Source: a virus
Reading direction: 5' to 3' (one strand)
Length of the DNA: 64,000 nucleotides
Virus record (IMG/VR): IMGVR_UViG_3300040856_002293
Span: 6,805-70,804 of that record
The notes under the pieces were generated by a model, which worked only from the letters and a program-made list of their open reading frames with translations, did not search any database and had not been told where the DNA came from. Positions 1-8,947 of this stretch are shown here, in pieces; position 1 is the first letter of the stretch, and the number at the start of each line of letters is the position of its first letter. A program made the translations under genes and the position numbers.

Positions 1-14
1 ATAAATCTATAGAT

Positions 15-314
15 ATGAATTTATTTTTCTTTTTAGTTGGAGTTGCTACTTCACTTATTATCATTTTGGTTGTCAATACTATCTTATCTAATAGACAGTT
101 AGACAAACTAAAGCAAAGACTTAATAGCTTAGACAATAATTTATTTATTGAGATTGATTCTATGAACAAGATATTTCATCAACTTGAATTACATTTAGAA
201 TCCAAGTTGGACAGATTAGAAAGTGAATTGGATAGAAGATTTGAACATTCTCAAAATAATGTAGATAGAGATATTGAATCTCTACATAATGAATTAAACA
301 AACTATCTAAATAA
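15..314 (+). CDS. membrane-anchored coiled-coil hypothetical protein
   Basis: ORF with N-terminal hydrophobic helix and heptad-like Leu-rich tail. Confidence 0.75.
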   Translation: MNLFFFLVGVATSLIIILVVNTILSNRQLDKLKQRLNSLDNNLFIEIDSMNKIFHQLELHLESKLDRLESELDRRFEHSQNNVDRDIESLHNELNKLSK

Positions 315-379
315 GAATTGGTGTTTCATTTTGGGGTGGGAGGTGTAGGAGTCTCTCACCCTTTTTAAAATTAAATGTT

Positions 380-700
380 ATGAAAGAGAGCGTACACACA
401 TTATTTGATAAAGCAAGTTACACTATATATAGAATTCTTAGAGTTCTTCCTAATAATATGTTTAAGACTGGATGGTCTGCATACAACAATTATAAGGAGA
501 TTATGACTTTGTATGTTTATATTATGCATACACAATTCAAAGTACCTATAGAAGATGTTGCATCTTGTTTAAATATAAAAACACCTACTTGTAATGTTTA
601 TCGAAATAATCTCGATAAGAATCTTATGAAGTTAAAATATCCTAACATACAAACTTATTTTAAAGAATACGATTCTGCTAAAAAGAAAGTTTTTAAATAG
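380..700 (+). CDS. hypothetical protein (possible HTH)
   Basis: ORF; 'IEDVASCLNI..T' segment resembles a helix-turn-helix. Confidence 0.65.
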   Translation: MKESVHTLFDKASYTIYRILRVLPNNMFKTGWSAYNNYKEIMTLYVYIMHTQFKVPIEDVASCLNIKTPTCNVYRNNLDKNLMKLKYPNIQTYFKEYDSAKKKVFK

Positions 701-706
701 TAAAAT

Positions 707-886
707 ATGAATAACGCATTAAAAAAGATTATACTACTCTTATATAGTTTAATGATTACCTACATAACTGCATCTTTAATTGTATGGGATTTAAACATTT
801 CACATTGGAGTACCACGGTAAGATTCATTTGGATAATATTCTCATTCTTGATATTCGTATCTGGGGTTAAAGAACATAAATTATAA
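707..886 (+). CDS. small two-helix membrane protein (59 aa, not in ORF track)
   Basis: ATG 707 to TAA 884-886; MNNALKKIILLLYSLMITYITASLIVWD...; fills the gap between neighbours. Confidence 0.6.
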   Translation: MNNALKKIILLLYSLMITYITASLIVWDLNISHWSTTVRFIWIIFSFLIFVSGVKEHKL

Positions 887-890
887 CAAG

Positions 891-1100
891 ATGAACGTAC
901 ATAAATTAGAACTCCACGAGTCTTGCATAGTAGACTCAAATTTAGAGGTAATAAGAGTACCTGGGGGTTGGATCTATTTGATAAAACATAAACCCTTCAA
1001 CCAAGTAGTATCTGTTTATGTTCCTTATAGCGGAGAGTTCAAAGATGAAAAATCTAAAGAGATATCTGAACTACCTGATAACGAATACACAATAATTTAA
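891..1100 (+). CDS. hypothetical phage protein
   Basis: ORF with VIRVPGGWIY motif, tightly packed with neighbours. Confidence 0.7.
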   Translation: MNVHKLELHESCIVDSNLEVIRVPGGWIYLIKHKPFNQVVSVYVPYSGEFKDEKSKEISELPDNEYTII

Positions 1101-1102
1101 CT

Positions 1103-1753
1103 ATGGCATATACCGGAGGTAAACTAAATTATCTAAACGAAAAAAGAAGAGTTAATACTCATAATAAGACTGTTTCTGTAATGAAACTCATAAGAGAGCA
1201 TAAACCCAAAAGCAGACAAGAATTAGTAGACCTTATAGAATATCATCATAAAAATGAATGTTCTTGTGGTGTAGTTAGTAAAGGCACTATAGAAGATTTC
1301 GGTAGAAATCTATATGAAGCACAACTAAAGGAGTGGGGAGAATACCTATTTACTTTAGAAGAATGTACTACTTGGCAATACAATCTATTTGTAGTTCAAT
1401 CTTTAAAGGGAAGGACATTAGAAATTAAAGCAAGAGATATTTTGCAAAGTCACTTGCCAACGTTCAAAGTAATTGATACCAATCCTTTCCTTGATTTTAG
1501 ATATAGAATAGATCTTCTTATAGAAAATCCAAAGGGTAATGTGGTGGGAGGAATCCAAGTCAAGCCATATAGTTTTAAGTATGTTGATCCAAAGATTAAG
1601 AGTGTTAATCGAGAGTTGAATCAAGACTTTCCATACCCTGTATGGTATATGTATTATGATAGCCAAGAAGAATTTAACCAAGTAGGTATTATAATAAAGG
1701 AAATCAAAGAAATCTATGCCACAAAAAGTGGCAAGAAGAACCAACTACAATAG
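1103..1753 (+). CDS. PD-(D/E)XK restriction-endonuclease-like protein (MjaI-like)
   Basis: 'LEIKA...D.RYRIDLLI...GGIQVKP' fits the D...QxK nuclease motif; family assigned by recognition only. Confidence 0.6.
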   Translation: MAYTGGKLNYLNEKRRVNTHNKTVSVMKLIREHKPKSRQELVDLIEYHHKNECSCGVVSKGTIEDFGRNLYEAQLKEWGEYLFTLEECTTWQYNLFVVQSLKGRTLEIKARDILQSHLPTFKVIDTNPFLDFRYRIDLLIENPKGNVVGGIQVKPYSFKYVDPKIKSVNRELNQDFPYPVWYMYYDSQEEFNQVGIIIKEIKEIYATKSGKKNQLQ

Positions 1754-1779
1754 TTAATTATAAACATAAACATACAGTT

Positions 1780-2049
1780 ATGAATAACAATACTAATAAA
1801 CCCCAATACAAAGTACATAATATATCTACACCCCCAGATATAAATGAACAATGGTATATGGTAAGAGAAACAACCTCAGATAATCCTACAGATAATAACC
1901 TAAAACCAACCAATAACCTAAAGGCTATTACCATAATGGTTACACATAACTTTCGTAAGGAACTTAAAAAAGAACTATCCATAAGAGATATAACTATAAG
2001 AGACTACATAATAAACCTAATAAAAGAAGACTTAGGTATCACAGAATAA
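1780..2049 (+). CDS. small DNA-binding protein (ribbon-helix-helix-like C-terminus)
   Basis: 'ITIMVTHNFRKELKKELSIRDITIRDYIINLIKEDL' strand-helix-helix pattern. Confidence 0.55.
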   Translation: MNNNTNKPQYKVHNISTPPDINEQWYMVRETTSDNPTDNNLKPTNNLKAITIMVTHNFRKELKKELSIRDITIRDYIINLIKEDLGITE

Positions 2050-2442
2050 ATATTAAAGTGTCTATCAATCAATTAAGTTAATCAAACAACACTACACAGC
2101 ACCAGCTCCTCCCCCCTAACAGGAGGGGATGGAGCATTGTTCATAACATATAAAGATAAGCCTAAACCCCACTATATACAAAGGTATATACCATAGGGAA
2201 AGGAAGCAAATGTAGTTATGTGTAACTATGTGGAGATATGTGGAAAAGAGTGTCTATCAAGATTGACATATGATCGTTGGGGAGGGTAGGTGTATTTGGG
2301 ACTTTTTCATTCACAGACTTATTTTTTCTGGAGGAAAATTAATCCCTTCCTCCCTTCCCCCAAATAATATTTGGCAAGGGGTATAGGTTAAGACAAATTA
2401 AATTTGGTTAGGTAAATTATTTAAAAAAAAGTACAGACAGAG

Positions 2443-2474
2443 TTTGGATAATTGGGGAGGATGGTGTATATTTG
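2443..2474 (+). promoter_or_regulatory. Bacteroidota-type promoter upstream of a non-coding structured region
   Basis: TTTG at 2443 and TATATTTG at 2467-2474. Confidence 0.55.
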
Positions 2475-2785
2475 TGTTGTCAATGGGAGGGGATGATAAC
2501 CTTCCCGAACGAAAAGCGAAAACCGATTAAAGAGCCGTTTACCCTGGAGGGGGGTCTGTTTACTTCAGTCTCCAACAAAGAAGTTTCCTATTCTCCCCCT
2601 CCGTTCTATTACTCGTTGGGGGGGGAGTGTTATAATCTGATACCTTAAGGATTGTGGCAACTTAGCTCTCCTCCCTATTTTAGTTGGCACATCTTGTACG
2701 CCAGTACAGTCTGCATATTTTAAGTTTTATAGTTAACAATGATTGGTAAAGGGAGGGCAATAGCTCTCCCTTTCTTTTTAGAGGA

Positions 2786-2832
2786 CTTATAAGGATGTTA
2801 CTCGCCCGGTAATATGATTTCGTGTTTGACCC
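2786..2832. repeat. 47-bp bipartite element, copy 1
   Basis: CTTATAAGGAT-gttactcgCCCGGtaatatg-ATTTCGTGTTTGACCC. Confidence 0.95.
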
Positions 2833-2899
2833 CCTCTCCCTAATTGGGGTAGGTAGGATTGGCAGGATTGATAGGTGGGTTACAAACTTATATAGAGGA

Positions 2900-2946
2900 C
2901 TTATAAGGATGTTACTCACCCGGCAATATGATTTCGTGTTTGACCC
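2900..2946. repeat. 47-bp bipartite element, copy 2
   Basis: CTTATAAGGAT-gttactcaCCCGGcaatatg-ATTTCGTGTTTGACCC. Confidence 0.95.
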
Positions 2947-3106
2947 CCTGGGGGTGGGTGGGGTTAGATCCCCACCGGTGTTTCCCTTTTCGAGAGTATT
3001 TTTTCTTTGATCTATGAGTCTTTGCTGTCATCTTTTTTGATGTATGATGATGTGCTTCTCCCATAGATATGTTGTCAAATTTGTACTTTCTTTTGCTTGT
3101 TTTCAT
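2912..3106 (-). CDS. small basic protein
   Basis: K/H/R-rich ORF (KKKYSRKGKH); minus-strand promoter TTTG..TAAATTTG at about 3129-3162; C-terminus runs into element copy 2. Confidence 0.6.
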   Translation of the reverse strand: MKTSKRKYKFDNISMGEAHHHTSKKMTAKTHRSKKKYSRKGKHRWGSNPTHPQGVKHEIILPGE

Positions 3107-3200
3107 ATCTCTTGTTTTAAATAACTATGCAAATTTAATACTTATTTTTTATTTACCAAATTTTTATAGATATTTTTTTTAAAAAAAAGTTGGGAAGATG

Positions 3201-3232
3201 TTTGAATAATATTTCAGATCGTTGTATACTTG
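3201..3232 (+). promoter_or_regulatory. early promoter (Bacteroidota type, one mismatch)
   Basis: TTTG 3201 and TATACTTG 3225-3232. Confidence 0.6.
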
Positions 3233-3261
3233 CACCATCGTTAACAACAAAATCAAAAATT

Positions 3262-3549
3262 ATGACAAAGACAGAGATGTGTTCATTGGTAGATTTAAAC
3301 AAACTTATCTACAATTTTACCGAGATTATTCCTTCCCTAAAGGAGCAGTACCTTCACTTCCATTATGATATATCTACGGATACGATATCTCTTTTGGAGA
3401 TTAATGGTGGAAAGCCTATGGAGGGGGATGATATGTCTATAAGGTTTTCCGAGGAGGGTGATTTATATGAGATTACTGTAACTGGGGATAAGTCCTTTTG
3501 TAATACGGTAGGTGATGTATTGAATCATATAGAGAATTGGTTTGCATAA
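3262..3549 (+). CDS. early hypothetical protein
   Basis: in-frame ATG at 3262 after promoter and A-rich leader (the track's 3190 start overlaps the promoter). Confidence 0.75.
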   Translation: MTKTEMCSLVDLNKLIYNFTEIIPSLKEQYLHFHYDISTDTISLLEINGGKPMEGDDMSIRFSEEGDLYEITVTGDKSFCNTVGDVLNHIENWFA

Positions 3550-3617
3550 TAACTTGTTTTATATCTGGAATTGGTGATGAACCTCTCCCCAGCTTTTGGT
3601 GGAGGGGTTCTTTTTTA

Positions 3618-3664
3618 CTTATAAGGATATAGTATACCCGGAAATGTGATTTCGTGTTTGCCCC
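3618..3664. repeat. 47-bp bipartite element, copy 3
   Basis: CTTATAAGGAT-atagtataCCCGGaaatgtg-ATTTCGTGTTTG; follows a terminator-like hairpin and T-tract. Confidence 0.95.
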
Positions 3665-3790
3665 CCCCCCCTGGGGGTGGGGTGGGGTTAAATCCCCACC
3701 GGTGTCCCTGTTGACAGATCTTCCCCTACTATCAAAGTTATTATACTATATATAAGGTGTAACTTTTTCACTAAAAAAGTTATGGTAGGA

Positions 3791-3822
3791 TTTGGATAAT
3801 TAGGAAAGTCGTTTTATATTTG
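3791..3822 (+). promoter_or_regulatory. early promoter
   Basis: TTTG 3791 and TATATTTG 3815-3822. Confidence 0.75.
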
Positions 3823-3852
3823 CATCATTGTTAAACTTAAAAACTTAAGATT

Positions 3853-4236
3853 ATGGGATTTTTTTCTTGGAAAACACAAGACACAGACAAAAGCATTGCA
3901 AATGCTTATTCAGTAGAAAATACCTTTACAGTATGTATGGTAGATGACAAAGGTAACATTTGGAAGGAAAGGAATTATGAGGGGTATGGTGAGTTTGGAG
4001 GGAAGGATTACTATGAGTTACTTGCTGAAATGAATGGGGTAACTATGGATAAGTCTTTGAAGAATTACACAGAGTTGATGAGAAGTAAGGGTATTAATAT
4101 GGCTTTCAAAGATAATAGTAGTGGGGAGTATTCAAAAGATATTAAGTATCCTAATTTAGTTGAGAATCCACAGAATTGGGAATATGAAGAATCATCTCCA
4201 AAGATTTGTGAATGTCAAGGTTACTTTTACGAGTAG
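3853..4236 (+). CDS. early hypothetical protein (MGFFSW type)
   Basis: ORF after promoter and leader; YEGYGEFGGKDYY motif. Confidence 0.85.
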   Translation: MGFFSWKTQDTDKSIANAYSVENTFTVCMVDDKGNIWKERNYEGYGEFGGKDYYELLAEMNGVTMDKSLKNYTELMRSKGINMAFKDNSSGEYSKDIKYPNLVENPQNWEYEESSPKICECQGYFYE

Positions 4237-4262
4237 AATAGTTTCGGACAGAGTTGTTAGAG

Positions 4263-4294
4263 CCTCTCCCCAGAAATCTGGGGAGGGGGTTTTT
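4263..4294 (+). terminator. rho-independent terminator (repeated at 5184 and 10399)
   Basis: CCTCTCCCCAGA-AA-TCTGGGGAGGGGG followed by a T-tract. Confidence 0.8.
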
Positions 4295-4295
4295 A

Positions 4296-4342
4296 CTTAT
4301 AAGGATATAGTATACCCGGAAATGTGATTTCGTGTTTGACCC
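4296..4342. repeat. 47-bp bipartite element, copy 4
   Basis: identical to copy 5. Confidence 0.95.
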
Positions 4343-4457
4343 CCTTCCTCCACCTAATCCCCCCCAAGATCTCCCAGATCAAACAGATCGTAGGATCTTC
4401 TCAAGGTTTTAACACAATTTGTTTATAAAAAAACTTTAAAAAAATATTAAAATATAT

Positions 4458-4489
4458 TTTGAATTGTGATAGATATTATATTATCTTTG
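4458..4489 (+). promoter_or_regulatory. early promoter
   Basis: TTTG 4458 and TATCTTTG 4482-4489. Confidence 0.75.
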
Positions 4490-4517
4490 ACCTATTGTTA
4501 ATAAAAAACTTAAAATT

Positions 4518-4781
4518 ATGAAAACTTTTGTAGTATTAATCCCGGCCGAAGGTTCATTAGTAGAGCCAAGAAATGTTTGTGAGTTCCTTGAAGGAACTAA
4601 ATATGACATAGGAGGTTCAGTTCAAGCCACCTCTACTGACGTACTGAAAGAGGTTCTGTCTGAATTCGATTTAAATGATTCGGATGGCATAGGAGTTCAT
4701 TCCCTTTCAACTTTTATGGATATGCTTAATAATGATGAATTCGATTTGAATGATTATTATTTTTCGTATGTATATGCTTAA
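4518..4781 (+). CDS. early hypothetical protein
   Basis: ORF after promoter. Confidence 0.8.
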   Translation: MKTFVVLIPAEGSLVEPRNVCEFLEGTKYDIGGSVQATSTDVLKEVLSEFDLNDSDGIGVHSLSTFMDMLNNDEFDLNDYYFSYVYA

Positions 4782-4790
4782 TAAAAACTT

Positions 4791-4814
4791 GGGGAGAGGT
4801 TAACACTTCTCCCC
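4791..4814 (+). repeat. intergenic hairpin type B (also 7040-7063, 7331-7354, 12113-12136)
   Basis: GGGGAGAGG(C/T)TAA....TTCTCCCC between co-transcribed genes, followed by an AAAAACTTAAAA leader. Confidence 0.8.
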
Positions 4815-4848
4815 TCATATTAAATTGTTAAACTTAAAAACTTAAAAA

Positions 4849-5151
4849 ATGGGATATTACACCAAATTTGAATTAGAAGTAGCCAATGGAGATGACCACA
4901 AGACTGATTACGAGCAGGAAATAAGAGAACTTTCTGATTACGAGTATTTGTTCGATGACGTAGTCAAATGGTATAACTTTGAAGAAGATATGAGAGCTTA
5001 CAGTAAGAACCACCCCAATACTGTCTTTGAATTAAGTGGGGAAGGAGAAGAAAGTGGTGACTTATGGAAAGCATATTTCCAAAATGGGAAAATGCAAATG
5101 TGTAGAGCCAAAGTTATTTACGATGAATTTGATGAGTCAAAATTATGCTAA
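4849..5151 (+). CDS. early hypothetical protein (MGYYT...FELSGEGEE type)
   Basis: ORF with motif seen commonly in phage early genes. Confidence 0.85.
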   Translation: MGYYTKFELEVANGDDHKTDYEQEIRELSDYEYLFDDVVKWYNFEEDMRAYSKNHPNTVFELSGEGEESGDLWKAYFQNGKMQMCRAKVIYDEFDESKLC

Positions 5152-5183
5152 TAAGTATAGTATTATTTTGGTAGAAGTTGATT

Positions 5184-5215
5184 CCTCTCCCCAGAAATCT
5201 GGGGAGGGGTTTTTT
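5184..5215 (+). terminator. rho-independent terminator
   Basis: same hairpin as at 4263, plus T-tract. Confidence 0.8.
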
Positions 5216-5216
5216 A

Positions 5217-5263
5217 CTTATAAGGATATAGTATACCCGGAAATGTGATTTCGTGTTTGACCC
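5217..5263. repeat. 47-bp bipartite element, copy 5
   Basis: followed by CCCACC..GGTGGG and GGGAC..GTCCC hairpins and CAGATC repeats. Confidence 0.95.
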
Positions 5264-5375
5264 ACCACCTCCGGTGGGGACCTGGGTCCCTGTACCATCC
5301 CCCCCCAACAGATCAGATCAGGTATTAGGGTGTATTTTCCGGGAATAACTTATTTTAAAAAAATATCAAAATAAA

Positions 5376-5408
5376 TTTGGAAATTTGATACATATTATAT
5401 TATCTTTG
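5376..5408 (+). promoter_or_regulatory. early promoter
   Basis: TTTG 5376 and TATCTTTG 5401-5408. Confidence 0.75.
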
Positions 5409-5438
5409 ACCCATTGTTAAACTTAAAAACTTTTTATT

Positions 5439-6095
5439 ATGCCAAATTGGTGCAGTAACACAGTCAAAATCGGTTGCACTAAAACCGAAACCCTTGAGGA
5501 GATTAAAAACTTAATATCTTCTCGCAAGGAAGACCAAGGAATATTCCAAGCAACAGTTGGATTGTTTCCAAAGGAATACTTATACGACAAGAGTATACCA
5601 TTTCAAAGCGATACTATCATTGATGAAAAGTATTTTGATTGGTATAACCACAACGTAAATGAGTATGGAACAAAGTGGGATGTTAATGAACAAGAACTTT
5701 CTATTACAGAAGGTCACGATTGCATTTATTTGTATTTTGATTCTGCTTGGAGTCCTCCAGTAGAATGGGCAAGTAAACTATCTTTTAAATTCGCTTGTCA
5801 AGTTGAAATAGAATTCTCCGAGCCGGGATGTGACTTTGGAGGAAAAAATTTCTACGATTGTGGGGATTTGGTGATGGAGGAAAATTATTCATACCTTGTG
5901 TGGTTGTTAAAGAGTGATAGAGATAAGTTTTGGAATGAGATAGAATATATTACTGAAGACTACGACAAGGAGCAATTTGAGGAGTATAGAAGTGGGGTAT
6001 TAGATGATATATCAGATTCTATTTCTACGGAAGATGCTAACTTTGCAGTCGGTGTTTTCAATGAAATCTACAATAATATGTTTGTAGAAGAGTAA
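5439..6095 (+). CDS. DUF1281/YubB (Api92-like) ferredoxin-fold protein
   Basis: MPNWCSN start; 'WY..NV.EYGTKWD', 'FDSAWSPP' and 'FSEPGCDFGG' motifs. Confidence 0.8.
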   Translation: MPNWCSNTVKIGCTKTETLEEIKNLISSRKEDQGIFQATVGLFPKEYLYDKSIPFQSDTIIDEKYFDWYNHNVNEYGTKWDVNEQELSITEGHDCIYLYFDSAWSPPVEWASKLSFKFACQVEIEFSEPGCDFGGKNFYDCGDLVMEENYSYLVWLLKSDRDKFWNEIEYITEDYDKEQFEEYRSGVLDDISDSISTEDANFAVGVFNEIYNNMFVEE

Positions 6096-6172
6096 ATTAA
6101 TATGGGGATATGTTTGTAAATTTCATACATATCCCTTATCTTTGATCCAATGTTAATTTAAACCATAAAATA

Positions 6173-6550
6173 ATGAAAAAATTATTAATAATAGCATTAG
6201 CAATATTTGGTCTTCAGACCGGGTATTCGCAAACAACATTAAAGAACCACAGAAATGGAGTTCTTTTAAAAGAACAGAGTAAATCTGTAAAAAAAGCAAA
6301 TTTGTTAACTTTTAAAAACTTTAAAGTTATGGAAACATTTAGAGCTGAAGTATTAGGAGTCGGAGAAAACGTATGGTCTTCTAATTCTATGGAATTTAAA
6401 ACCGAACAGGAAGCCAAAGATTGGCTGATCGGATTGAGCAGAAGATGGTTTGGTTGTGATGCCGGGAGAATTGTTAAAAACTCAACGGAAAGAAACCAAG
6501 AAGTAAATTGGGATACCGATACGTTTACTTTTAATTTCCGAAATCGGTAA
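6173..6550 (+). CDS. hypothetical protein with signal peptide; possible internal start at 6329
   Basis: MKKLLIIALAIFG signal-like N-terminus; promoter TATCTTTG at 6137. Confidence 0.7.
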   Translation: MKKLLIIALAIFGLQTGYSQTTLKNHRNGVLLKEQSKSVKKANLLTFKNFKVMETFRAEVLGVGENVWSSNSMEFKTEQEAKDWLIGLSRRWFGCDAGRIVKNSTERNQEVNWDTDTFTFNFRNR

Positions 6551-6555
6551 AAAAA

Positions 6556-6620
6556 TTGGGGAAAGTAAAAAAAAACTTTCCCCAAAATTTGGAATTGTCA
6601 GAGATATTATATTATATTTG
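6556..6620 (+). promoter_or_regulatory. stem-loop plus early promoter cassette, type A (also 7771-7832, 11087-11148, 11765-11826)
   Basis: GGGGAAAGT-An-CTTTCCCC hairpin abutting TTTGGAA.TGTCA.AGAT...TAT(A/C)TTTG. Confidence 0.85.
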
Positions 6621-6656
6621 TGTCATAATTATTTGATTAACTAAAAAACAAAAAAA

Positions 6657-6866
6657 ATGCAAGAGAGAGAAGAAATCATCCCAACAATGGAAACTGCAAT
6701 AGATAAATTGTTTTCTGGCGTAGTTGTACTATGTTTTGGATTTATGTTATTCATTATCGATTGGGTGGATATCCCGGTCCATATGAAATTAACATTATCT
6801 TTATTCCCAACAGTTGGGATAATCACTATTTTTTACTCATTACTAAAAACAGTTTTAAGAAGATGA
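6657..6866 (+). CDS. small two-helix membrane protein
   Basis: ORF after promoter; two hydrophobic segments. Confidence 0.75.
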   Translation: MQEREEIIPTMETAIDKLFSGVVVLCFGFMLFIIDWVDIPVHMKLTLSLFPTVGIITIFYSLLKTVLRR

Positions 6867-7033
6867 ACACTTTAGAAATGGCTTCAGATATGGCTGAAGA
6901 GAAAGTAAAAGAAGAATTTCCAAATCCATATACCCAGGGTCCAAATGGGGATTGGAGATTCACAGAAGAGGCTCAAGACCTCTTCAATTTTTGGTATGAG
7001 ATTTATTTGGATGAATTAACTTGTGCCGACTAA
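6863..7033 (+). CDS. early hypothetical protein
   Basis: ATG at 6863 overlaps the previous stop (ATGA); MNTLEMASDMAEE... Confidence 0.7.
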   Translation: MNTLEMASDMAEEKVKEEFPNPYTQGPNGDWRFTEEAQDLFNFWYEIYLDELTCAD

Positions 7034-7090
7034 AAATCCGGGGAGAGGCTAATGCTTCTCCCCAAATTTAAAAACTTAAAAACAAATAAT

Positions 7091-7324
7091 ATGAAAAATA
7101 AAATAAAAGAAAGTAAATTTTTGGAATGGTATTTCCAAAACCGGGATGACTTGATGATTTTTGCAGAAAGTATCCTATTTGAATTAAAGAAGTATGGCAA
7201 ATCTTCTTTAACTACAAAAAAATTATTTGATAAATGTGGATATATACCCTCCCACATTTGTGAGGATACCTCTGTGATTACGGAGTACGATCCCTCCGAG
7301 GTATACTTTTTAGAAAGGGTATAA
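7091..7324 (+). CDS. early hypothetical protein
   Basis: in-frame ATG 7091 after type-B hairpin and leader. Confidence 0.7.
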   Translation: MKNKIKESKFLEWYFQNRDDLMIFAESILFELKKYGKSSLTTKKLFDKCGYIPSHICEDTSVITEYDPSEVYFLERV

Positions 7325-7384
7325 AAAGCCGGGGAGAGGCTAATACTTCTCCCCAATATTAATAACTTAAAAAAACTTAAAATT

Positions 7385-7750
7385 ATGAACTTATTTAAAA
7401 GCACAATAAAGGAATTGACCTTTGAAAAAGACCCGGACAATAGGTGGTATATTGTACTGCCAGAATGGGAGGGAGATAGAGAGGATTTAGAAATGGTATC
7501 TGGAGCAGATACATTATTAGACCATTTATCAGAGGGTAAAGATTTGGTAACTTTAACAGTTGCAAAAATACCTTTGGAGATACCCAGACCAAGGGTAGTA
7601 TTAACTTACGACCATGAATATATGGGTGGAGCAGTCTATAGGACTCATCATATAGGTGGTGGCTCTTTGGATAATATGTCTGTATGGTTATGTAAGGTAA
7701 CCAAATTTGTATATGGTGGAGTAATGCCTCGAACACTATCCATACAATAA
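7385..7750 (+). CDS. DUF6717-like protein
   Basis: 'RWYIVLPEWEG...LEMVSGADTLLD...WLC.VT.FVYG' motif. Confidence 0.7.
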   Translation: MNLFKSTIKELTFEKDPDNRWYIVLPEWEGDREDLEMVSGADTLLDHLSEGKDLVTLTVAKIPLEIPRPRVVLTYDHEYMGGAVYRTHHIGGGSLDNMSVWLCKVTKFVYGGVMPRTLSIQ

Positions 7751-7864
7751 CCCGGTCTGATCAAAAATTAGGGGAAAGTAAAAAAAACTTTCCCCAATAT
7801 TTGGAAATGTCATAGATATTTTATTATCTTTGACCTATTGTTAAACATTTAAAAACTTAAAAAA

Positions 7865-8701
7865 ATGAGACAATTATCAATGCAAGAAATGATCACTTCT
7901 GCACCCGCAATAAATGCAGAAGCAAAACAAGAGACTTTAACCAAGAGGTTTAAGTTTGTTTCAACAAAAGACGTTATAGAAGACGTTACAAAATTAGGGT
8001 GGACTCCTGTCTCTGCAAAGCAGAGAAAGAACAAAGACGTAAACCCACTATATGCACAACATATGGTGGAGTTTAGAATAGACCATCCAATTGCGATATC
8101 CCACAAGGATGATTTAATCTATCCCCAGATTAGTCTTGTTAATGCCCATAATGGCAAATCTTCTTTTAGATTCTATGCCGGGTTATTTAGACTTGTTTGT
8201 TCTAATGGACTTGTTGTCCCGGTCCAAGTAGGTGGAGAATCTTTAGGGGATGGATTCAGAATTCGTCACGACTCCTATGATATCAAAGAGGTTAAATCTA
8301 CGATAGAAAAGTTAGTAAAAGGTATTCAAAAGAGTATGAAACCTATTTATGCTTTAAACGATAGAACCCTAACTGATAAAGAAAAGAGAAATCTTGCAAA
8401 AAGAGGACTCTCTATCAGAAATGAAATCAAGAGTAGTGATTTAAGGGAATTCTTAAATTCTATCCCAGATGAGACAGTTGATTCCATCCTAACCCCAAAA
8501 AGAGGTATGGACACAGGAAACAACGCTTGGAGAGTATTTAATACTGTTCAGGAGAGTTTAGTGGGTGGAGATTTCCAAAACTTTTTATTCGATAAAGAAT
8601 CAAATTTAAAGTTTAGGTCTGCAAGACCCTTGAGTGATATGTTTAAAACGCAGAAATTTAATATCAATTTATTAAAAGAAGCACAGTTATTGTTAAATTA
8701 G
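7865..8701 (+). CDS. DUF932/DUF945-family protein
   Basis: 'H.VEFR...LVNAHNG.SSF...AGLFRLVCSNGLVV...RH' and 'W.VFNTVQE' motifs. Confidence 0.85.
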   Translation: MRQLSMQEMITSAPAINAEAKQETLTKRFKFVSTKDVIEDVTKLGWTPVSAKQRKNKDVNPLYAQHMVEFRIDHPIAISHKDDLIYPQISLVNAHNGKSSFRFYAGLFRLVCSNGLVVPVQVGGESLGDGFRIRHDSYDIKEVKSTIEKLVKGIQKSMKPIYALNDRTLTDKEKRNLAKRGLSIRNEIKSSDLREFLNSIPDETVDSILTPKRGMDTGNNAWRVFNTVQESLVGGDFQNFLFDKESNLKFRSARPLSDMFKTQKFNINLLKEAQLLLN

Positions 8702-8752
8702 GTTATGTTGCCTCTCCCCAGATTTCCGGGGGGAGGCTTAAAAACAAATAAT

Positions 8753-8947
8753 ATGAAAGATAAAATAAAAGAAATAGTAGATAAGTATGGGGTATCTGAA
8801 CAGGATGCTAAATCTATCCTAAAGGAAAATTACGAGTTAGCATTAGACGTAGAGGATGGTATGTCAGATCACGCTTTAGAGATACTTTTAACTTATGAAT
8901 ATATGATATCAATTTTAGAAAACGAAAAAGATAATAACAATGGATGA
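8753..8947 (+). CDS. early hypothetical protein
   Basis: in-frame ATG 8753 after hairpin and leader. Confidence 0.7.
   Translation: MKDKIKEIVDKYGVSEQDAKSILKENYELALDVEDGMSDHALEILLTYEYMISILENEKDNNNG

Noticed and set aside
2680-3010. Track ORFs 2680-2919(-), 2822-3010(+), 5114-5308(-), 10472-10660(+), 13591-13834
   Set aside because: They are translations of the intergenic repeat and hairpin DNA, with no leader or typical codon usage.
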